64,000 nucleotides of DNA from Botryllus schlosseri. Its lineage: Eukaryota. The stretch spans positions 23,250,001-23,314,000 of the forward strand of contig CM119374.1 in the NCBI GenBank assembly GCA_051294905.1, in the 5' to 3' direction. Below the pieces are notes generated by a model. That model had not been told where the DNA came from and made no database searches. It was given only the letters and a program-made list of their open reading frames with translations. A program made the translations under genes and the position numbers. Each line of letters opens with the position of its first letter. Position 1 is the stretch's first letter. Below are positions 26,112-37,600 of this stretch, one piece after another.

Positions 26112-27825
26112 CAGAGGTGGTCAGTAACGAAGTACTTCTACTTCGTAATATTTTGCGATCTACTTACTTACTTTTCGCTATTTTCAGTTTGTCAAGTAGA
26201 AGTATAGTTTATTCCTCCAATCAGAAAGATAGCTATTAGAGGAATTTCGGGGCTGTTTTCACGGAGTATCAACATTTCATTTTCCTAAAAGTTGAGTTGA
26301 GCCCAAAATTTTCGTCGCGCTCAGTGGATAAGGAGTAACCAGTATGATTTCACGAAAGTATCGATGCATATAATTTAGGTAGCGAGTTGGCGTGGTCTCG
26401 TTCATACGGCTTTTACGCCCTTCGCCCACATGAAATATTTCATCACAGAATATACGACTCATCGAAACGTTTGAAACTGATGTTTCGCAATCTAGCATTT
26501 ACTTATCATTAGGGCTGGGCATAATGATTCGAGTACTCGAATCTGAATCGAGTAATAATTCTAATGATTCGAGTCGAGTAGTAAAAGACGATTTTTCGAG
26601 TACTGAAATTATATGCTCCTCGCCACTGCAAGTAAATTTATTAACGTAAATTGTAGTTTCGGTACTATTTTCCACTGTGGTAGCCTTGAAACCTTAATTG
26701 GCCTATCGCAGCATACGAAACATATAGTACAGAGCTACGAAACTTCCTGGAAATAACACATTTCCGAAGTCATGATCATCCCACAATTGTCATAAAGTGA
26801 AACGAAATCGGTATGGTCGAAAAAGTACCAAAGTATCTTTAATGTGATGCGTAACATGCATTATATTCTTTGTGGCGGCATAAAAGTTGCATATTTGAAC
26901 TTGGACATCTTAAATTCTGTTATGACGTCATAATAAGTGATACTCGATTACTCGACTCGACTCGAAGCATAATACATGATTCAGAATCGATGAATCACCC
27001 AGGTACTCGAATTTGCCCAGCCCTACTTATCATATCGTAATCGTATGGCGTGTCCTAATCTGGAAAAGTTGACTCCGAATTTTTTTAGTTTTAGAGCTGT
27101 TTTAGCATACCACCTTTGAAACTTTCTGAACTAAAGACATGAAATACATTTTCCGCTTTTAGAAGTAGTATTTATATTTCACTTTCAATTCCCAGCATCA
27201 TTTACTTTGAGTTCTAATTAATATCAGTTCGTTTGGATCTGGATAACATACATGTTGAAGTATAAAAGCAAGCGCTTTTAATTTCCGGAAATAAAGCTAC
27301 ACAATATGGCATTTTTACGATCCACAATATTTTTATCAACGTTTACTAATCGCGTTTACCCCGCATCCGATACAACTTCTCCGTATTGCTCTTCGACTAA
27401 ACTACGGGCCTTGCAATATGGGAGAGTGCGCCATACCATGATATATTCTAAAACGTGATGTTCGAGTAAACAGAGGATCAGTATCGCATTTCCTTATCAA
27501 TACTATCATTTTCATCCCATGATGCGGACGAATGCTTAGGCTGTCGAAAATTGGATACCTCCTGGTATGCATCAATATGAATCAATCTCAGCACCGTTCG
27601 CATAGCTCAATTTGCACCTTTTGACAATCCATGCGAGAGAATTACGATCGTTTTCACAACTACTTACTTACTTGAGTTGATTTAAAGTCGGTCAATTCTT
27701 CTTCTAATTCAAGTAGTTTTAGGTTGCTCATGGAAGAAGTACTTCTACTCGTACTTGAGTGGATTTTTTCGTCGCTACTTCTACTTCTACTTGAGTAGCT
27801 TTCTCGACTTCTTTGACCACCTCTG
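26112..27825 (+). mobile_element. hAT MITE, CAGAGGTGGTCA family, copy 2, with a nested insertion
   Basis: Perfect TSD GGTGTAAC (26104-26111 and 27826-27833). Colinear with 2305-3606 except for the insertion at 26510-27025. Confidence 0.92.
26510..27025. mobile_element. Nested hAT MITE, TAGGGCTGGGC-TIR family (516 bp)
   Basis: TIRs TAGGGCTGGGC...GCCCAGCCCTA with a perfect TSD CTTATCAT. The paralogous host at about 2770 lacks it. An inverted copy lies at 53863-54372. Confidence 0.93.
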
Positions 27826-28136
27826 GGTGTAACTGACCATAGCGTCACCATGAATATCAAAACAATGACAACTGCAACAATAAATACCATGATCCAAAAT
27901 GTATTTTCTGTATTCGGCCACGAAGACACGAGTTTTATAGACCAACGTATATCAACAATGAACAACCCCGTCACTCCAGCCTAACCCGAGATGACCACAG
28001 TATATTTATATCCATTTCTCGAGTCTGATTACGCAGTAGCCGGCGCAGTCCCAACGCAGCAAAGTGTCGTGAACAGCTCGCGAAACTGATTGACCGCGAG
28101 GCACGGCAATTTACAAACGTAACTCGGTAAAGGCAT

Positions 28137-30074
28137 TCAGTAGCGATACTTGGTCGAATAATCCTTCGGCGACACGACCAGACCTCTGCCTTTCCTGGCG
28201 CCGCGAAACACGGTCTCAACTATGTCGATCATTTCCTGCTTGTCCTCCATGGGCCAGTTGATCTTATTGTTGTTACCGGTGCCCAGATCGATCATGATGT
28301 GTTTATTCCTGAGCAAAAACAGCACTGCCATAAGCAAACGATGCCATAGCCGGGAACGACATCTCTGTCGGAAGCGACAATATTATTAGCAATGTGATAA
28401 CTAGGGCAAATTTTTGCAACTTTTGCAACATTTTTTTTTTACAACTTCCGGCAGCTTCCTAAATACTAACAAGTGGTGTTTTAAGCTGTTTGGCAGAATC
28501 TTATATTGCAAGTTTGCAACTTTTCTTCATTTTTTCATGCAACTTTTTGCAACTTGATCGATTTTTCATGCAACTTTTTGAAACTCTTTCCGATCATTCA
28601 TGCAACTTTTTGCAAGTTTTTTAGATTCTTTATGCAACCAACTTTTTACTGGAAATATTTGGCACTATATGTAAGTAGATCGCTTGATTGTTTCACCATT
28701 GTTTAAATTAGAGGTTTATTCTGATTTGACACACATTCAAGGCAAGACCGCCGAAAATTGTATTTTCACTGGGTCAATTTTATCAGGCTATAGATTTTGT
28801 TGAATTCGCCAACATCGAATTTTGCTACAGTGTCTTGGACATGGAACGATCAGAGTATCTAATACCCTAATAATTTCGAGAAACTTGTCCATAAATGCAA
28901 CTTTTTAGTGAAACTTTAGTGAAAATGAAATGCAGCTTTTTAGTGTGGCTTTTGGGAAAAATAAGTGCTACTTTCCACGGATTTGACTGCACAAAAACTT
29001 GCCTTAGTGAAAACGTTTCTCAAACATTGTTAAACCACAGCTCACAGCGTTCCAACAAAATTGTGATAACGCAAGAGCGGCTACGATGCTAGCAAACCAG
29101 AATCAAATCTACATTGTAATACTCTGAAAAAAAACCTCATTGAGTAACCACCTCTGGTCGCAAGATCATTTGGTGTTAGTGTTCTATGGAGTTGGGCACT
29201 ACGTAACCTTGGGAACGATTGATATTTTGTTTGTGAGCCAGGTCTACTTTATGATGATTTTAAATCAATCCTGACCAGAAACTATTCCAATCTGGGTACT
29301 GATGCCCATGTATAGTGAAATGTAAGGAATCACTACCGAAGACATTGACAAATTCATAAGCACTAGGCCCGTGATTTGACATCGCCGCAAAATTCTCAAT
29401 GAAGTAATATGATTCACTACAAGAATGTTAAAACTATGGGACCTGTGGACAGATAGTGCAGTTTGTCACTCACCTGTAGAAGAACATCGTGGTGCAGGGG
29501 TCGTACAACTCGTACATTTTATTGAAATCTGGCACCGCCGTGATATCGACCAAATAGCACACGGCGAAATTCTTCACTTTATCGGCAATGCTGTAGAGCG
29601 TCTAAAAAGGGAACACCAAGTGCATTATTATCTCTAACTTTCCGATGGATCGGGGGGGGGGGGCGTGGGCCAGTAAATCGTGAGCCTAAGCATCTCGAAC
29701 CCAGTTGATCTGTAGTATGCAGTGCAACGCAAGGTTTAACGCAACCTAGACATGAATATCAATACCAAGCACCAGGGGGCAGAAATGATCAAAGTAGTTA
29801 TTGTTGGTGCTCAACTACTGGAATACAAGCAGAATCAGCGATTTCCAAGCAAGCTCCGATTAAATCTGAAATCACAGAAGACTCTTCGACCACAAAATAA
29901 AGAAATATCTTCTCGCAATCGGCAGAAAGTGTGCGGGCATCATACCTCGTCCATCTTCATGCAGGCTGGGTCCCAGTCGTGCCCGAACCTGATTACAACA
30001 ACTCTCTCCTGCTCATTCAAGATGGCCTGGTCCACTTGCCATCCGTTGGTTAAATGCGGCAGCATGTACGACAT
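28137..30074 (-). CDS. TXNL4A: Thioredoxin-like protein 4A (Dim1, U5 snRNP 15 kDa), 142 aa
   Basis: Exons 30074-29946 (MSYMLPHLTNGWQVDQAIL...GHDWDPACMKMDE), 29601-29474 (TLYSIADKVKNFAVCYLVDITAVPDFNKMYELYDPCTTMFFYR) and 28308-28137 (NKHIMIDLGTGNNNKINW...SPKDYSTKYRY*). They total 429 nt (142 aa plus stop), and the protein is close to canonical Dim1. Confidence 0.97.
28402..29006. mobile_element. hAT MITE with TGCAACTTTT subterminal repeats, in TXNL4A intron 2
   Basis: Termini TAGGGCAA...TTGCCTTA with a near-perfect TSD GTGATAAC / GTGAAAAC (7/8). Many TGCAACTTTT motifs. Confidence 0.8.
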
Positions 30075-30859
30075 GATTGGGCTGGAACCGTGGTGGCGGC
30101 GACCACACCGACTTTGCAGAAATCCGCTCGAAAGCTCAGAGTATAAAATTTCTAAAATGAACCAGTCTACTATATCTGAGAAAAAGATACAATCTCGATC
30201 AGCAAGACTCGGAAATTAAGATACTTCTACAGCCGAATATCAAGCGTTCTGCATAGTACAGAGTGAATATATTCACACTGTCTGTCATTAAAAGCACCGA
30301 GAGGAAATGTCTTACCAAAGCAGTCAAAGTAGCTACTGATTATGGAGCCTAAGTAAAGGTATCATTGTAAAAATACTAATCAGACATGGGTTGAACAGTA
30401 CAGATTGCCAAAGCATACCAACAATACATCATGAGAGTAGAAGATGACGCTTGCACAGAACTAATGCAGCATGATACGGTTCGTCCTATATATATGCAAC
30501 TGAATACTTTGAACATTTGATGCGGTTGAAACTGCCGCGGGCTGACACGAGTCCACAATCCAGATGATGATTATCAAGTAAGACGTTATACACTCAGCAT
30601 ATGTGGTCGAAGTAGTCGGTCTTATTGTTCGAGTAGAAATAAAAGTAATGCCATAATTTTCCATTGAGTAGACAGTGCCGATTTCCAAGATATGCCACAG
30701 CAGCTGCAAGGGAAAGCAGAAAAATGCAAAGTATAAGTACTCAAGTTAACAGTTTCAAAACGTAGATTCGGTCGAGAGGGTCGCATACGTTTAGTTGTTA
30801 TGGGAGTTGGCGACCTTCAAAATTACAAGATGCGTCTCCGTAACTTACATACAACGTGT

Positions 30860-31106
30860 AAGGCCAAGTCACAAGTCAATCTCGCTTTTACAGTTTTGAC
30901 TCGAGTCAAGTCGAGTCATTTTCAATTCACCACTGAGTCAAATCCGGGTCCAGGTCAGCGAGCAGAGTGTCGGGTCCGACTCATGGTATTATGACACGAG
31001 TCTAAGTCGATTCGACACACAGATTGACTCGAGTCAAGTTGAGTCCGTATTTTGAGAAAATGACTCGAGTCACCAGAAAACCGTGACTCGAGTCATTACA
31101 ACCCTG
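30860..31106. mobile_element. One end of a GACTCGAGTC-type hAT element
   Basis: GACTCGAGTC arrays end in ...GACTCGAGTCATTACAACCCTG at 31106. The other TIR was not found. Confidence 0.65.
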
Positions 31107-31670
31107 CTAATTATATTCAGTCGCCTCATTATATGGGCTTTCTCAAGCGGTTCTTCTTACAATTTCGATTATACAAGTGACGCAAACTTATACCAAATAA
31201 CCTTGTACTTTTCAAAATCCAAAGTATCAGAAGCAAGTGGCCGCCTACGTAGAAGTTGAAGTAGCCAACAACAGTGATTACTAGTGCGATTTTTTTAACC
31301 TAAAAAACAGAAGATTTCACCTTATAAATCTAAATTATGGCATTTTTTACCTCAAATAACTTGATTTTGACAAAAATTTGCACCGTGTATGTAAATTAAG
31401 TGTTTTCACACATAACGTTAGAATTGTACTACTTATCTTCATTTCTGGTTGGAACTGTCTGTCCTTACGAAGCAGTTAGGCCTGCAAAAAAATTTTGGAC
31501 TCAAAATCTGACAGATTTTTACATGAAAAAATTCATTTTAACGAAATCTGGACCTCTGAAGAATTCCAGTAGTCACATAACGCATTATGGTAGAAATACT
31601 ACTAGAGTGCGGTACTCCGAAACACTATGTGCACTTCACTACAGACCGCCTCTGACATGGCGTTACAGCA

Positions 31671-34600
31671 TTACATCAAATGTCCCTTGGTCAGCTCTGA
31701 CAAGAAAGTGGTCGCGTAGCAAGAAGGCGGCAGCTCAAATCTCAATTCCATATCAAAATCTTCCCAGCGCGGGGATTCTTCAGTCTTGTAAGACGGGTTA
31801 TTATCAGTTTTATTATCGCCTTCCTCTTCCGGGCATTCTATCTTGCCAGCGACGTCCGAGGATAGTGCTCTGTCTGAGTTTTCGTTCGGAACGGATTTCG
31901 TTGAACCTTTGTGAGGTAATATCCTGCGTGGAAGAAAAGATCTATATCGAAACAAAGCATGCACTGATTTCAAGTAAAGTGGCGATCGCCCTCACACAAT
32001 GCGCGGTTGCTAGAGAGGGTCAAAGTGACTCATTGTGACTCAAGACGAAGTAGAAGTAAAACTTCAAATTCCTTATCAATTTCAAGTAGAATTAGTAAGT
32101 GGGGTCTGAAACGTACTCAATCAAGTAATTTGTTCAAGGGGTCACACGTTGAGGTTGACCAAAGGTAGCTATATTCGAAATTGAGCTTGTAGCCCAAAGT
32201 CACTGATACCACTAGATACAGATCCAACCTTCAAAAATATATCGTGTTACCGTGATTCAGAGGCAGTATTTGACGCAGTCTTATCTTATCACCCAAAGAA
32301 CTGACACAAACTCATCCCGAAACTACTTTCAAATTTTCAAATTGTAAATATTGTCAAACGAAAGTAGTTTTGCCTACAAAACTGTTTAGCAGAATTGAAA
32401 TTAATCTATAAACATGGCCACTTGAGCAAGTGGAGCCAAGAAGTCAAAACCTACAGGAGTACTCCAAAAATGCGGATATGCTTCATCACTGATACCTTCT
32501 GGTAGAACTGTTAGTAACTGACTATTCGATGCCGTTCTTAGAGCACACAGACCAACAGAAGTCGATAGCAACGCAAATTAATCTACGACGCTCACTTGTG
32601 AGATAGCTCTCGCGGAAACTCGATCAGTTTCCTGTACGCGCCCGGCGCGTGAAGCTTCAGGGCTGGAATTCGGAAGGGGTGGTTCTCGGCGATCGAAAAT
32701 CCGACCAGGGCGTCGCGATATTCCGCCTCCAAACAGGGCGGGTAACTGACTTGACTGCCGGGAGTCGGTAAGACCACGTCTTTCATGGCGAAGGTGTCCT
32801 CGGCAATATCTTTTTCCGTTACGATCACAATCTAAAGTGTGGCGATGTAAGTTCATTGGTGACGCAAACCGCTGATCAGTTACATAGTGCCGATAAGTGG
32901 ACTGCGCAGGAAACAGAATTATTAGGGTACATCGCCATTAAAATGAGAAACTAACGAGTCGGAAAGAATGTATGATATCATGAATTTTGAATGTATTCGC
33001 AATGTCATGATTTTACATGATCGAAACTAGAAATTCATTCTCCACTATTATTGTTCGACGCAAATATGTTTGTTTTCGAGTTAATTCGTCCAGTAGCAAA
33101 ATATGCGCCTTCATTCCAAAAGTAGTAATTATTTCATGAAAATATAGTTTCAATACTTTAGCCCAGCGCTCTTTAACAGGTGTGCGCGGTACTTCCTAGG
33201 GTGCGTCAAAATATGCATGGGGTACGCCAGCAGAGAAGGCTGCATAGGGGTACATGAGAAACACTGTACATAAATTTGTAATATACTAACTGAAGAGTTT
33301 ATTCAAGCGAACAGAACAGAAAGTCCTGACATGCGGGGCAACAGAAAACGAATGGATACCGGTATCGTCGTGTAATCGACGCTGTACAACACAATTCAGT
33401 AATTGTAACCAAGTAATGATACTGTCCAATCACGATACACATCATAAATCAGTGGTTGATATTCTGTGGGTGAAACTCGTGATTATGTCGACCTGATTTC
33501 AGTAACCAGCCTGTGAATAAGTCGTCATCAGCTACTGAGGGGAAGCGACAGCGTTTTCTTAGTCATTAGCACATGCTGATGGTAACTTTTAGTGCGGCAG
33601 CCCTGAAAAGGGTGCACCACACCAAAGAAGGTCGAAGAACACTGCTTTAGCCCACCATTTGAGTCTCAAAACTTCGATTGGCTACAATTTGAATTATTCA
33701 GTACAAAACAAACGCAAAAATTACCTCCGTCTCATCCGGTGCGTTAGAATCTAACGTCTTTTTAACCAAATCCCCGACAACAACCACATCTCCGTACTTG
33801 ATCAACCTGCTCGTAGCCATCAAGTTCCACACATGGCTACAGAAGCTGTGAACGTACAACAGCCTCGCCGTGTACGGCAGGCCAAGCAGTGCTTTCGCGC
33901 AGGCTTCGTCGTCAATCGATGCGTATCGCTTCAGAGTGCGCAATACAGAAATCTCACGCATTTTATTGGACGGCATGAGTCGCAACGTCTCTGAAGAAAA
34001 TCGGGACACAGAGATTGAGCGATTTCAAACCTCAACTGCTGTCAGCATTTTTTCTACCGGCAAATACATCGCAGAATTCGTAGGCACGTTTTTTGCACTT
34101 TTTTCACGGAAAATGCGATATAAATGATGTTCAGATGCTGGACATGATCAACAACTTGACACAGGACTGCTGCGAGCAATTTTTTTCAATTCGAATCAAA
34201 ACAAGACACAAATCAACGTACAGCTTACTTCCAGTCCATTTATTACTACAGTAATGTCAGATATCTAGATTCTTAACGATACTGACGAAATATCTGACAG
34301 AGCCTACACCAGTGGTTCTTAAAGTATGGGTCGCGACCCAAACATAGGTCGCGAAGGGTATAATTTTGGGTCGCGACGGAACCAGAGCGGTCCTTTAATA
34401 TGTATGTAATATTATTTGAGGTCATTGCAACAACAAAATATGTTCGCTTTTCGCGCGATTTACTGTAGTTGGTTTGAGCATATCAGAGGTCGCTGAGTTT
34501 GGTACCACGGCCAATAAGCGAGACACGCGGAGAAGTCGCCACCACAACATGACTTGATCATGAAAATGTGCCGACCTTTGTATTAAACAAATTGGTTTGA

Positions 34601-37600
34601 ATTCATGATAAGATTTTTTCAACATTGGTTTCTCTGGAAAACACCGTCGGAGACCTGGGACGCTTTAGTGTAGAGTTGTACAACGAGCGGTTGCCGGTTT
34701 ATGAGGCCAAAACCCGTTCACGCTTGGACACATGAATATATGGCGTTGGGCCAACATACGGCTGGGCAAAGTGCGGTGCCAAAAAGTTCGGTGGCGATAA
34801 TTGACCGTCGCTGGGTGGCCAAACCCTTCGTTATTGATATAATTGGTCGGCACCCAAATGCATTCATTTTGGTGTGTGTTGCTTGGGTCGCGAGATACCA
34901 CTAAAAGTCAGATTTGGGTCGCGGTCTAAAAAGTATAAGAACCACTGGCCTACACGAATCTTGATTTAAAGCAGAGCGATTCATCACGATATGGACGCGA
35001 ACCTTCGACATTTTTAGTTTTCTGAAAGTGTAATTTCGCCGCGTTTGCTTCATCGGAACTGCGGTGTGTACTCTCAGTAGGCATCAGCAGAAATTTCACC
35101 GCCTTACTCTGAGAACAAAAAGAATTGATTAGAAATAGCATGAAAGATATATATCTGGTTGCGCCATTGGGCTGGATTTTAGTGAAATATACAGATGACA
35201 GGGCATTAAGGGGCGTATCACGACATTGGTGTATTTCTCGACTAAACAATCACAAATCGTGGGCCTATAAAGCACAGTTACCGTATCCCAGAATGCAAAG
35301 TTCGGGAGAGTAAAATAGAAAATGCCAAGTAAATACCATTCAGTCGCAATTCAAAATAATCAAACGCTATTCGGGGTGAGACATCTAATTAACCACAATG
35401 AGCTCAGCCCCCTTCACAAAACTACAGAATATTTTATTATAAATCGATCTGGGACAAAATTTATCAACTATACAATCTATGCCGACATGCTGTTGACGAA
35501 TCCTGAAGGCACAAATAAGATAATTTGCCACGATACAATCTCCTCTGCCAACTTTACTCAAAAATTTCAACTTACAAAGTTACTTTGTAACATCGCCAAT
35601 CCAATCGCAGGAGCTTCCAAATTGGTGAGTAACGGCTCATTCTCACTGTTCTCAATTCGCCGACCAAACCTTTGAGGTCCGAAATAATTCACAAAACCAG
35701 TAGTCTGAAATTTCAGATCACAATCGTCAAAATAAATCTGTGACATCATTTCGATGCAGAAAATCTTTGTTCCGGCCAAATTTCAGTTCTAATTACAGCA
35801 TTGCAGTGTGTCACATCATACACACCGACATTAGTTAGTTAGTACCTTGACATTATCCAGTTCACGTTCAACGCTCTGAATTACTGAGCAGCCATCCGTG
35901 TCAGCATTCAGATTGCGGATGCTAGTAAGCCTGATACAGAACCGATTTCCGCGTAATTCACCCAACCGTATTGTCCGCGACACTAGGTGGCAGTTCGAAA
36001 CCTTGAGGTATTTAGGTAGCGACTTGCATGCAGCCGCAAATCTGAATGAAAACAGCAACAAGTCGCAGAGTGCAATGTCGCCAGTATTATTATCACCATT
36101 GTAATGTTATGTTAAAACGTTTGTGGTGCACACGAAGAATTAAAAAGGTGAAACATTCTACTTCTTTTTTCATTTCCTCACTTCAAATCATCAAAAATCA
36201 ACAGCACATATTTTCAGCCTGTAAATGCACCAAATATCACTCACATCAAATGTTTCTCAGCACTAGTTAGGCAGGCCTATTGATTGCTAAAACAAACTAA
36301 CAGAAATTTCTATCTAGCAGTAGCCTACATTATAAATATCACCTTAGTAATGTAGAACAGAACAAATTTCCTACGTAACCCAAATTGCATTTGTGGGAGA
36401 TTGAAAGTCACTTCAAAAAAATATTAATTTATTGATGCTCTTTCTCAATGGATCGTGATGGGGCTCTTAGTCTCTACGAAGGCAAAGCTAGACCTATATA
36501 TATATATATATATTATATACCGGTATATATATTAGGGGTGTTCAAAAATGACATTTTTTCTCAAATTGTACTGACTATTTAATAAAATTGTTAGGTTACC
36601 TAATATAAGCTTACACACCAAATTTGGTTCAATTCCAGCGAGTAGCCGTGCTACAGGAGAAGGTTTCCATTTATTATATAAAAATAAGTTCAAAAAAAAA
36701 TTTGAAAACTTTCTGTCCACCTAATGAAAGTGTTAGGTTGTCTACAGAAACAATGTTCACTAAATTTGGTTCAATTCCAACCAGTGGAAGCGGAGTTATC
36801 GCCATGTAAAAATTTGGATTATCAATGACATAGTATTTACGGTGACCAACTCTTGAATTATTTATTATAAGTGTGCCCACCATAAATACTATTTTATTCA
36901 AATCCGAATTTTTCGACAGCAATAACTGCACTTCCGCTGGTTGGAATTAAGCCAAATTTGGTGAACATCTTTTCTATTTACAACCTAACACTTTCATGGG
37001 GTGAACAGAAAATATTGAATTTTTTCATCTATTTTTATATAATAAATAGAAACTTTATTCTCCTGTAGTAATGCGGCTACTGGCTGGAATTGAACCAAAT
37101 TAGGTAGGTAACCTAACAATTTTATCAAGTAGCCAGTACAATTTGAGAAAAAAAAGTCATTTTTGAACAACCCTAATATATTATACTATTGCTAAGCATA
37201 ATTCCTAAACACACAAGAGCATGTCAGGCAATTTTGTAAAGAAAACAACATTCTCATTATTACTTCTGGGGTGATATTCCTGTCACCGTACATTTTTGGG
37301 TGGTGATAGCTCTCTTGTCCTTGATGCCAGCGAAATTGAACATATTGTGCGGAATATTCAAATGACGACCGATGTGATGAATCGCGCCGTACGTTTCGCA
37401 GTTCTTTTTCCATAAAGTAAATGCTAAACGTACAATTACAATTCAAGTATCCAAACTCAAAGCTAGGAAAGCACTCACTAACCAGTAATGATCACTTCAT
37501 CTCCAGATGCCGACCGATTGTTCTTCACGAGATGAGGCTTGCGTCGAATTGCTATGAGCCTGGGGTTATTATTTTCCTTGGAAGGCAAAGTCCTAGCTTC

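Noticed and set aside
2305-27825. Direct-repeat CAGAGG elements as the cause of the CHST duplication
   Set aside because: They flank both genes rather than one, keep their own intact TSDs, and are much more similar to each other than the CHST paralogs are. The gene duplication is therefore older.
27660-27974. Ser/Arg-rich ORF
   Set aside because: Much of it is translation of the TACTTCTAC subterminal repeats of the 26112-27825 MITE.
29752-32038. Plus-strand ORFs 29752-30219 and 31400-32038 as genes
   Set aside because: They are antisense shadows of TXNL4A exon 1 and the last PUS7L exon, with no recognisable motifs.
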